From the NCBI RefSeq assembly GCF_009914755.1, contig NC_060948.1: 64,000 nt of DNA. One strand, given 5' to 3'. Made by a program: the position numbers and the translations under genes. The first letter of the stretch is position 1; each line of letters begins with the position of its first letter. Below are positions 29,690-39,830 of the stretch, in pieces. The notes beneath the pieces were generated by a model. The model made no database searches. It was not told the origin of the DNA and saw nothing but the letters and a program-made list of their open reading frames with translations. Source of the stretch: the human T2T-CHM13v2.0 reference genome, Homo sapiens.

Positions 29690-30440
29690 AATCTTAAAAT
29701 ATTTCTGTTGCCCTTTTGTGAACAGCCCACACTTAAATCTACTAACTTCCTCTATGTACTAGCCTTACAAAATATATCCAGAACAAATACTTTCCCGTGC
29801 CACAATGTTGTCCTTTTTCATACCTCATCCTCTTTTTCACTGCCAGTTATGATAACCTCATATCAGTCTTCTTTCTGTTATCCCGTGTCCTCCTTCAGTC
29901 TGTAGTTGATTTTTTAAAAACTGAGTAAAAGAACATCTCTAATTTTCTCAAAACTCTCCAAGGATTCCCATCTCAACGGAGTAAAAGCAAGTCCTTAGAA
30001 GGCCTATGAAATCCTCACCCACCTCTCCTCCCATTCTCTCCAATTTCTTTTTGTCACCTCCATTTTCTGTGTTCCAACCACTCTTCTGCACCCATATCCT
30101 CAAACATCTCAATCCCACTGCTATATTAGGAGATTTTTCTTGCCATTGTTTTCCTTCTTTCTTGTTTGCTTTTCCCAGCAGCTATCAACTTCATATGCTT
30201 TCTCACTTCCTTCAAAATATAATATTTTCAGAGAGGTATTCCTAAACCAGTTTCTACAAAAACAATCTCCGTGAGTTGCTATTCTTAATATTGCTGTTCT
30301 TCTTTCCGGTTATTACCGTTACCTGACGAAAAATATATCCATTTGTTCATTACTATTCTTATCCTACTAGAATATCAGTTTCATAAAAGATGAGTTTTAT
30401 TTGTTTTGTATGATATTGTATCTCAAATGCTTAGAAGAGT
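29690..30440 (+). mobile_element. L2 3' fragment, highly diverged
   Basis: CTCAAAACTCTCCAAGGATTCCCATCTCA..GAGTAAAAGCAAGTCCTT, CAGAGAGG..TTCCT, CTAGAATATCAGTTTCAT. Confidence 0.6.
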
Positions 30441-30494
30441 ACTCAGCCTATAGAATAGTATTGTGTTTTGTACAAAAGTAATTGCAGTTTTTAT

Positions 30495-30910
30495 TGCAAA
30501 AATATGGAACCAACCCAAATGCCCATCAATCAATGAGTGGACTCTGGTGTGTGTCTGTGTGTGTGTCTGTGTGTATACACACACACTCTGTGGTGTATAA
30601 GTGGGTGTGTATATATATATACACACACACATATATATTCACACACATACATACAGTGAAATAAATACAGTGAAATACTACTCAGCCATAAAAAGCACTA
30701 AATTAATGGCATTTGCAGCTACCTGGATAGAACGGGAGACTATTCTAAGTAGCTCAGGAAAGGAAGACCAAACATCATATATTCTCACATATAAGCAGGA
30801 GCTAAGCTTTGAGGAGGCAAAGACATTAGAATGATAGAATGGACTTTGGGGACTTGGGGGAAATAGTGGGAGCGGGTGAGGGATTAAAAAAACCTACAAA
30901 TTAGGTTCAG
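30495..30910 (+). mobile_element. L1PB/MA 3' fragment ending at the satellite boundary
   Basis: ATATGGAACCAACCCAAATGCCCATCAATCAATGAGTGG...GGACTTTGGGGACTTGGGGG. Confidence 0.8.
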
Positions 30911-31421
30911 CACAAGGGAGAAACAGGAACTGTGTCCTGTACAGGGCATGCAGGAGGTGTGTCACACACAAGAGAGGAACAGAAGCTATGCGCTGCACAG
31001 GGGAGAAACAGGAAGTACGTCATGCAAAGGGGAGGTATAGAAATATGTGTGTCCTGCACATGGGAGACACAGGAAATGTGTCAAGCACAGGGGCCACACA
31101 GGAAGTGTGTCCTGCAAAGAGGAGGAACAGAAAGCGTGGCCTGCAGTATGACCTGAACAATAGAAGAACAGAAAGTGTGTCCTGCACAAAGGAGACACAG
31201 GAAGTGTATGCTGCACAGAAGACAAACAGGAAGTGTATCTGTCTCAGGAGGGTAACAAGAAGTGTTTCCTGCACAAAGAAGAAACAAAGTGTGTCCTGCA
31301 CAGGGGAGACACAGGAAGTGTGTCCTGCACAGGGGAGAAATAGAAAGTATATCATGCAGACAGAAGAAACAAGAAGTGTGCCTTTCAGAGAAAAGACACA
31401 GAAAGTGTGTCATGCACATGA

Positions 31422-32813
31422 TAAGAGGTGACAGCGTGCTGGCAGTCCTCAGAACCCTCGCTTGCTCTGGGCACCTCCTCTGCCTGGGCTCCCACTTTGG
31501 CGGCACTTGAGGAGCCCTTCAACCCACCACTGCACTGTGGGAGCCCCTTTCTGAGCTGGCCAAGGCTGGAGCCCACTCCCTCAGCTTGCAGGAAGGTGTG
31601 GAGGGAGAGGCGCGAGAGGGAACCGGGGCTGCGTGCAGCGCTTGCGGGCCAGCTGGAGTTCCGGGTGGGCGTGGGCTTGGCGGGCCCGCACTCGGAGCAG
31701 TCGGCCAGCCCTGCTGGCCCCAGGCAATAAGGGACTTAGCACCCGGGCCAGCAGCTGCGGAGGGTGTACTGGGTCCCAGTGGCAGGTGGGTGCCAGCCCA
31801 CCGGCGCTGCGCTAGATTTCTCACAGAGCCTTAGCTGCCTTCCCGCCCGGCAGGGCTCGGGACCTGCAGCCCGCCATACCTGAGCCTCCCACCCACTCCG
31901 TGGGTTCCTGTGGAGCCGGAGCCTCCCCAACGAGCGCCACCCCCTGCTCCATGGCACCCAGTCCCATCGACCACCCAAGGGCTGAGGAGTGCGGGCGCAC
32001 GGCACCGGGACTGGCAGGCAGCTCCACCTGCAGCCCCGGTGAGGGATCCACTGGGTGAAGCCAGCTGGGCTCCTGAGTCTGGTGGGGCCTTGGAGGACCT
32101 TTATGTCTAGCTCAGGGATTGTAAACACACCAATCAGCACCCTGTGCATAGCTCAAGGTTTGTGAGTGCACCAATTGACACTCTGTATCTAGCTGCTCTG
32201 GTGGGGCCTTGGAGAACCTGTGTGTCAAAACTGTATCTAACTAATCTGATGGGGACGTGGAGAACCTTTGTATCTAGCTCAGGGATTGTAAACGGGCCAA
32301 TCAGCGCCCTGTCAAAACAGGCCACTCGGCTCTACCAATCAGCAGGATGTGGGTGGGGCCAGATAAGAGAATAAAAGCAGGCTGCCGGAGCCAGCAGTGG
32401 CAACCCCTGGGGTCCCCTTCCACAGTGTGGAAGCTTTGTTGTTTCCCTCTTTGCAATAAGTCTTGCTACTGCTCACTCTTTGGGTCCCCGCTGCTATTAT
32501 GAGCTGTAACACTCACTGCGAAGATTTGCAGCTTCACTTCTGAGCCCACCGAGACAACAAGCCCACCCGGAGGAACGAACAACTCCAGACGCTCTGCCTT
32601 AAGGGCTGTAACACTCACCGCGAAGGTCTGCAGCTTCACTCCTGAGTCAGCGAGACCACGAACCCACCAGAAGGAAGAAACTCCGAACACATCTGAACAT
32701 CAGAAGGGACAGACTCCAGACACGCCACCTTAAGAGCTGTAACACTCACCGCGAGGATCCGCGGCTTCGTTCTTGAAGTCAGTGAGACCAAGAACCCACC
32801 AATTCTGGACACA
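31422..32813 (+). mobile_element. LTR12C solo LTR, complete
   Basis: TAAGAGGTGACAGCGTGCTGGCAG...CCAATTCTGGACACA; 4-bp TSD ATGA at 31418-31421 and 32814-32817; CpG-rich U3, CCAAT repeats, U5 repeats (GTAACACTCACCGCGAAG). Confidence 0.97.
32125..32400 (+). promoter_or_regulatory. LTR12C core promoter (CCAAT/NF-Y boxes, GC box, AATAAA TATA-like element)
   Basis: CCAAT at ~32130, 32171, 32297 and 32335; GGGTGGGG; GATAAGAGAATAAAAG at ~32362-32377. Confidence 0.75.
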
Positions 32814-35800
32814 ATGAGAGTAATAGAAAACGTGTCATGCACAGAGGAGGAATGGAAAGTGTGTGCTACACAGGGGAGAAGCATGGAGTGTGCCCTCTAC
32901 AGGGAGAAACAGGAAGTGTGTCATGTACAGAGGAGAAACAAAAAGTATGTGCTACACTGAGAGAAAAACAGAAATAGTGTCATTCACAAGGGAGAAAGAG
33001 GAAGTGAGTCATGCAGATGGGACTAACAGAAAATGTGTCATGCACAGAGGAAGAACGGAAAGTATGTGCTACACACAGAGAAACAGGATGGGTGCTATGC
33101 ATGGGAGAGACAAAGGAAGTGTGTCCTGCACAGTGGAGAAACAGAAAGTGTGCCACGCACAGAGGAGGAGTAGAAAGTGTGTCCTGCACAGGGAAAAACC
33201 AGGAAGGGTGTGGTGCACAGGGGAGAAACAGGAAGTGTGTCCTACACAGCAGAAGCATAGAAAGCATATATTACACAGGGAAGAAACAGCGTTTCTTCCA
33301 CAAGGATAAAACAGAAAATGTGTCATGCACACAGGAATAACAGAAAATGTGTCATGAATAGAGGAACAGAAAGTCTTTGCTACGCAGGAAAGAGGAAGTG
33401 TGTCCTGCACAAGAGAGACACAGGAAGTGTGTCCTTCACAGCAGAGAAATATGAAGTTTCTCAGAGAAACAAAAAGTATGTCCTGCACAAAGACGACACA
33501 GGAAGTGTGTTCTGCACATTGGAGAAACAGGTAGTGTGTCATGCACAGAGGAGGAAGGAAAAGTGTGCTGCACAGGAGAGACGAAGGAAGTGGGTCCTGC
33601 AAAAGGAAAAACAGGAAGTGTGTCCTGTGCAAGGATGAAACAAGAAGTGTGTCCTACACATCAAAGGAAAAGGAACTGTGTCCTGTACATTGGAGAAATA
33701 AGAAGGGGGTAATGCACAGAAAATGAACAGAAAGTGGGTGCTGCATAGAGAAGAAACCGGAAGTGTGTCATGCACATGGGAGTAACAGAAAATGTGTCAT
33801 CACAGAGGAATGCAAAGTGTTTACTACACTGAGGATAAATAGGAAAGGTGTTATTCACAGGGGAGGGACAGGAAGTGTGTCTTGCATACGGGAGAAACAG
33901 AAAATGTGTCCTGCAGAGGAGAAACAGAGGAAGTGTATCCTGCACAGAGGAGGAATGAAAGTATGTGCTACATTGAGGAGACACAGGAAAGCTGTTATTC
34001 ACAGGGGAGGCACAGGAAGTGTGTCCTGCACTAAGAAGACACAGGAAGTGTGTCCTGCACATGGAAGAAACAGCAAGTGTGTCTTACATATGTGAGTAAC
34101 AGAAAATATATCAGGTACAGAGGAGAAATGGAAAATGTGTGCTGCACTGGAAAGAAAAAGTGAATCCCCAACAGGGGAGACACTGGAAGTGTGTCATGCA
34201 CAGGAGAGAAACAGGAACTGTGTCCTGCACTGTGGAGAAACAGGAAGTATGTCATGCACAGGAGAGGGATGGAAAGTGTTTGCAACACAGAGGAGAGACA
34301 GGAAGGTTGTCATTCAAAGGAGAGGCATAGGAAGGAAGTGTGTCTTTCACAGGGAAGAAACAGAAAGTAAGTCCTGCACAGAAGAAAAACATGAGGTGTA
34401 TTTTGCATAAGTAAGACACAGGAAGCGTGTCATGGGCATGTCAGTAAGTAACAGAAAATGTGTCATGTACAGAGAAGGAACAGAAGGTGTGTGCTACACA
34501 GGAAAGAAAAATGTGTCCCCCACACGGGAGATATAGGAAGTGTGTTATACGTAGATTTAAAACAGAAAGCATGCCCTGCACAGGGGAAAAACAGGAAGCG
34601 TGTCTTCCACAGGGAAAAAAAAGCTGGAAATGTGTCATGCACATGGGAGTAACACAAAATGGGTCATGTACAGACAGGGAATGGAAAGTGAGTGCTACAC
34701 AGGGAAGAAAGGAAAAATGGGTCCCCCTCAAGGGAGACACAGGAAATGTGTCCTGCACAGTGGAGAAACAGAAAGTATGTCATGCATATAGAAGGACAGA
34801 AAGTATGTGCTACACAGAGGAGAAACAAGAACAATGTCATTCACAGGGAAGGCACAGGAAGTCTGTCTTGCACAGGGGGAACAGAAAATGTGTCTTGCAC
34901 AGGAAGTGTGTCATGCACAGAGGAAAAATAGGAAGTATGTCATGCACCTGGGAGTAACAGAAAATGGATCATAAACAGGAGGAATGGAAAGTGTCTGCTA
35001 CACAGGGAAGAAACTAGAAGTGTGTCATTCACAGGAGAAACACGAAAAGTGTGTATTGCACAGCAGAGAAACAAAAAGTGCATCAGGCACAAAGGAGAAA
35101 CAGAAAGTGTGTCCTGCACAGGCGAAAAACATGAAGTGTGTTCTACATAGGGGAGCAAAAGAAAATGTGTCCTGCACAGGGAAGAAACAAGAAGTGAGTC
35201 TTCCTTAGGAAAGAAACAGGAAGTGTGTCATGCACATGGGAATAACTGAAAATGTGTCATGCACAGAGGAGGAATGAAAAGTATGTTCTACACAGGAAAT
35301 AAAGTGGAAGAGGATTCCTCACAGGGAAGACACAAGTGTATCCTGCAGAGTGAAGAAACAGGAAGTGTGTCATGCACAGAGAAGGAATAGAAAGTGTATG
35401 CTACATGGAGGAGAAACAGGAAGGGTGTCATTCACAGGGTAGGCACAGGAAGTGTGTCTTAAACAAAAAAGTAACAGGAAGTTTGTTATGCACAGAAGAG
35501 AAACAGGAAATATGTCATGCACAGAGGAGAAATAGTGTGTGCTAAACAGAGGAGAAACAGGAAGGGTGTAATTCACAGCCGTGGCACAGGAAGTGTGCAT
35601 TGCACAGGAAAGAAACAGGAAGTGTATCATACACAGAGGAGAAACAGGTAGCGTGTCTTACACAGAAAAGGAATGGAATGTATGTCCTGCACAGGGGTGA
35701 AGCAGGGGGTCTGTCCTCCACAGGGAAGAAACAGGAAGTGTTTCATGCACAGGGGAGACACAGGAAGTGTGTCAAAGTGCACTCAATAGAGAAACAGGAA

Positions 35801-36209
35801 GTGTGTCATGCACATGGAAGTAACAGAAAATGTGTCACTCACAGAGGAGGGACAAAAAATGTATGCTACACAGGAAAGAGAGAGGAAGTATGTTCCCCAC
35901 AGGGGAGACACAGGAAGTTTGTCCTGCACACTGGGGAAACAAGAAGTTTGTCAGGTACAGTAAAGGAACAGAAAGTGTGTGCTACACAGAGGAGAGACAG
36001 GAAGGGTGTCATTCCCAGGGGAAGCACAGGAAGTGTGTCTTGCATAGGGGAGAAACAGAAAGTGTGTCATGCACAGAAGAGAAACAGGAAGTGTATACTG
36101 CACACCCAGGGAAAGAAAGTGTGTCCTGCACAGGGGAGAGTCAGGAAGTGTGTCCTTCACAGACAAGCAGGAAGTGTGTCATGCACAGGAGAGGCCCAGG
36201 AAGTGTCAA

Positions 36210-36370
36210 AACAATGCAACCAGTTTTGTCTCACTTAGCGGTGACCCAGAAGCCCCCTCTCTGCTTTGAGTTCTCTCTGTCTTTCTAGACAGGACCAATG
36301 TACTTCTTACATACATTGATTGATGTCTCATGTCTCCCTAAAATGTATAAAATCAAGCTGTTCCCCAACC
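36210..36370 (+). mobile_element. MER4/MER50-group LTR fragment
   Basis: ACCAATGTACTTCTTACATACATTGATTGATGTCTCATGTCTCCCTAAAATGTATAAAA..AAGCTG. Confidence 0.75.
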
Positions 36371-36572
36371 CCACTGATTTTACATTATAGTGAGTTGTAT
36401 AGTTATTTCATTGTCTATTACTATGTAATAATAATAGAAATACAGTGCACAATCAATGTAATGTGACTGAATCATTCTGAAGCCATCACCCTCCTCTCCC
36501 CATCCTGGTCCATGGAAAAATTGTCTTCCACAAAACCGGTTCCTGGTGCCAAAAAGGTTGGGGATTGCTGCT
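36371..36572 (+). mobile_element. MER1B (hAT-Charlie) fragment
   Basis: CCACTGATTTTACATTAT..GAGTTGTAT...CATGGAAAAATTGTCTTCCACAAAACCGGTTCCTGGTGCCAAAAAGGTTGGGGA. Confidence 0.85.
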
Positions 36573-36589
36573 TTAAAAGTTCATAATGT

Positions 36590-37095
36590 ACGTGTTTTAT
36601 AACTCAGACATTCTGATCATGGTTATTTATCCAAAATATATACAAGCACTTACCCAATCAAAGTCATGTATACAAGTATAAATAACAGTTTTATTTTTAT
36701 TAGCAAAAACCTGGGGACAACCTGAAACCCCATCAAGAGTTGAATGGATAAACAAACTCTACTGTATACATACAGTGAAATACAATCCAGAAATTAAAAA
36801 GAATAAAAACTACCAATACATAAAACAACACTGATTAACTTCAAAATAATTTTATTGAGTAACACTATAAAATAAAAAAGAATGTGTAAGACACCATAGC
36901 ATTTATGTAAAATTCTAGAAAGTAAAATCTGTAGTGGAGGGAAAAATTTTAAGGGAACATGAAAGAATATGGGGAATTAACGGATATGCTTATTTTCTTA
37001 ATAGTGCTGAAGGTTCAATGTACAGATGTGTCGAAATGTTATCAAAAGTACAGATTTTAAACACCCATGCAGTTGTTTATGCCTCAGTTATATAA
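36590..37095 (+). mobile_element. Old L1ME 3' fragment
   Basis: AGCAAAAACCTGGGGACAACC..CCATCAAGAGTTGAATGGATAAACAAA...ATTTATGTAAAATTCTAGAAA. Confidence 0.65.
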
Positions 37096-37465
37096 CTGAA
37101 AATATAGTGGGTTCAGTGTAATTTCTACTTTGATGGTGCTTGGAAAAAGGGCATTTATAACCAACCCAACAAGCATAGTTACTGTTTCAAAGGAGAAGCG
37201 TTATCACTTCCTCATTAGGGAATTTGTGTTATCACAAGTAAAAATATTTCATCATAAAAATGTATAATTAGATACTATAAAGAGACACCACTGGTTTATC
37301 AATTCAATTCAACACTAGCTGATATTCTAGAATTCCCATTTCCCTTCTCCCAGATGAGATTATTCCAGTCATTATTTCTGAGCCTGAACTTAAATGAGCA
37401 TGCCAACATTCAGAAGAATGCCAGGATGGAATTTGGGTTTTAATTAACTAAGAAACCTGAATGGA

Positions 37466-37755
37466 GGCCAGGCACAGTGACTCACATCTATAATCCCAGC
37501 ACTTTTGGAGGCCAAAGCCGGTGGATCACCTGAGTCCGGGAGTTCAAGACCAGCCTGACCAACAGGGAGAAACCCTGTCTCTACTAAAAATACAAAATTA
37601 GCTGAGCATGGTGCTGCATGCCTGTAATTACAGCTACTTTGGAGGCTGAGGCAGCAGAATGGCTTGAACCCAGGAAACAGAGTTTGCCAGGAGCCGAGAT
37701 CACACCACTGCACTCCAGTCTGGGCAACAAAAGCAAAACTCTGTCTCAAAAAGAA
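37466..37755 (+). mobile_element. AluSp/Sq-like
   Basis: Dimer with GACCAAC.GGGAGAAACCC and GGCAACAAAAGCAAAACT. Confidence 0.9.
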
Positions 37756-38439
37756 GGAAGGGAGGGAGGGAAGGGGTGGAAAGCTGAGTGGAGATAGGAA
37801 ACTTACTATAAGTATCTGAGAAGAGAGACTCAAGGCAGGAATGGAGAAAGCTTTCATCAGAGTTTAGAAATCTTCTTCCCTCTGATTCAGAAAAATGCTA
37901 AGTTGTTTTGACCTTCAACATATATCCTTCCACATTGAGTGAAAACTTCATCTAAAATGTGTCTGAAGCATCCCCAGCAGTAACTGGAGTCCAGGATTCC
38001 TGATAGAACTTGAAACCTGTGAATCCAACCATCTGGGACTTTTGGAGAAACCTCAGGAAGGTGGAGAGGTGTAGCTTACTTCCTAATATTACTGGCAATG
38101 GAATCATATGGGCCACTAAAATTGATTTTCAGGGAAAAGATCAAAGAGATTTAAATCTTCTGATTGGCTTTTATCTTGGCAAAACATTATGTTATAAATG
38201 TGCTCAGAGAACAAACCCTGTTATATTTTTATGTTGAAGATGTATACAGAGAACAAAAGGTACATAATTTAAAACAACATATTTGATCAGTTTTTAGTTA
38301 TGTAATTAATACACAAATATACAGGAGGTGATGACATATGATTGAAGAGAAGACATAATAGGATTTTGATAGGTGGTTGCATAAGTAACTCATTTATAGA
38401 ACAGGTTAATATTAAAACTCTTGGCATTAGTTTTTCCAA

Positions 38440-38872
38440 TTTTGTTCAACTTTTGTTTTAGATTCAGGGAGTATATGTATTGCCCCCGGGTTTGTTACAT
38501 GGATGTATCACATGATGCTGAGGTTTTGGGTACAATTGATTCCCATACTCAGGCACTAAGCATAGTGGCCAGTAGTTTTTCAGCCCTTGGCCCCCACCCT
38601 GCAGTTTCTATTGTCTCCATCTTTATGTTAACGATTACTTAATGTTTAGCTCCCACTTTTAAGTGAGAACATGCAGTATTTAACTTTCTGTTTCTGCATT
38701 AATTTGCTTAGATAATGGCCTCCAGCTCCATTTGTGTTGCTGCAAAGTCATGATTTTTTTCTTTTTTTATGGCTGCATAGTATCTCATGGTGTATATGTA
38801 CCACATTTTCTTTACCCAGTCCACTGTTGACGGGCAGCTAGATAAATTACATGTCTCTACTATTGTGAATGA
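38440..38872 (-). mobile_element. Old primate L1 3' end
   Basis: TTTAGCTCCCACTTTTAAGTGAGAACATGCAGTATTT...TTTATGGCTGCATAGTAT. Confidence 0.85.
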
Positions 38873-39534
38873 GTTTCTCCAATTTTAAAATAATGGTGGT
38901 AGATTAGTTTTCAGTCATATAAAAAAAGACTGTGTGGCGTGCTGTAATCTCTCAGAATCAATGATTTGTTTTACTTGAAATTGTATTTATTTTCCTAATT
39001 CCTAGAAAATTTACAAAGAATTTTATCCTTCTTTGACCAATTATTTTCAGATCTGTGACGTCATAGTCAATAGTAAATTACCACAAGGCAAGTGAGCAAT
39101 CTCCAACTTAAAGAAACATATTGTGTCAATATTTAGATGAATAGTGAAAATTTTTCAGAGTGAACATTTTAGCAAATGTAGCTTTCTAATATAAACATGT
39201 ATTAAAACAATTTATAGGTAAATATGCCTTAAATGATAATGATTTAAACAAACCCCTAAATATTATGGGAAGCTCTTTGATTTGTTTTAGCAACAGACTT
39301 AGAAACTCAACTTTACCATAACAACAAATGACAGAAGAGTAAAGTTTACTTTTTATGACAACTGCTATATTAATAACCTCTGGCTGCTTCCTTTTCTCAG
39401 AAAAGAAAAATACTAATTCATTTGTTTGCATTTTCAAATCTCTTGCTTCAGCAACTTCATGCAAAGTCTGTAAATGGGTACCATTGAATTTTAGGTGATA
39501 AAATATTTTCAAGAGAAAAGAAATCAAGAAAACA

Positions 39535-39830
39535 TGGAGGTAACTAACCCAGAAAAAGAAAACCAAATACTGCATGTTCTCATTTATGAGGGAGATGAAC
39601 AGTGGGTACGTGGGAACACAAATATAAGAACAACAAACACTAGGGACTGAAAAATTTCCTGCTGGAAGCAGGGCAAGGACTGAAACATTTTCTATGGGGT
39701 ACCATGTTCACTATTTGGGTGACAGGATCAACAGAAGACTAAACCTCATCATCATAATTGTAACACACCTGCACAGGTACCTCTGAACCTAAAATAAAAA
39801 AATATATCAATACATAAATAATTAAATAAG
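39535..39830 (+). mobile_element. Old L1 3' end
   Basis: AAAACCAAATACTGCATGTTCTCA...GAACCTAAAATAAAA. Confidence 0.8.

Larger units (their letters stand above)
30911..36206 (+). repeat. Satellite array 1, ~29-bp diverged monomer (consensus ~GGAAGTGTGTCCTGCACAGGGGAGAAACA), interrupted by LTR12C
   Basis: Continuous ~29-bp periodicity over ~3.9 kb excluding the LTR (roughly 130 monomers by length). Confidence 0.95.

Noticed and set aside
31428-32884. GC-rich ORFs and a CpG island suggesting a gene promoter or first exon
   Set aside because: Entirely explained by LTR12C
30911-36206. CRISPR-like array (repeat length ~29 bp)
   Set aside because: Monomers are directly tandem and diverged, with no unique spacers, no cas genes and a primate context
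30932-36288. Many overlapping Cys/His-rich ORFs (RKCVLHRGE, GSVSCTEEK, EVCPAQGR) resembling zinc-finger or metallothionein proteins
   Set aside because: They are translations of the 29-bp satellite in all frames and on both strands; there is no C2H2 spacing or linker and no preferred frame
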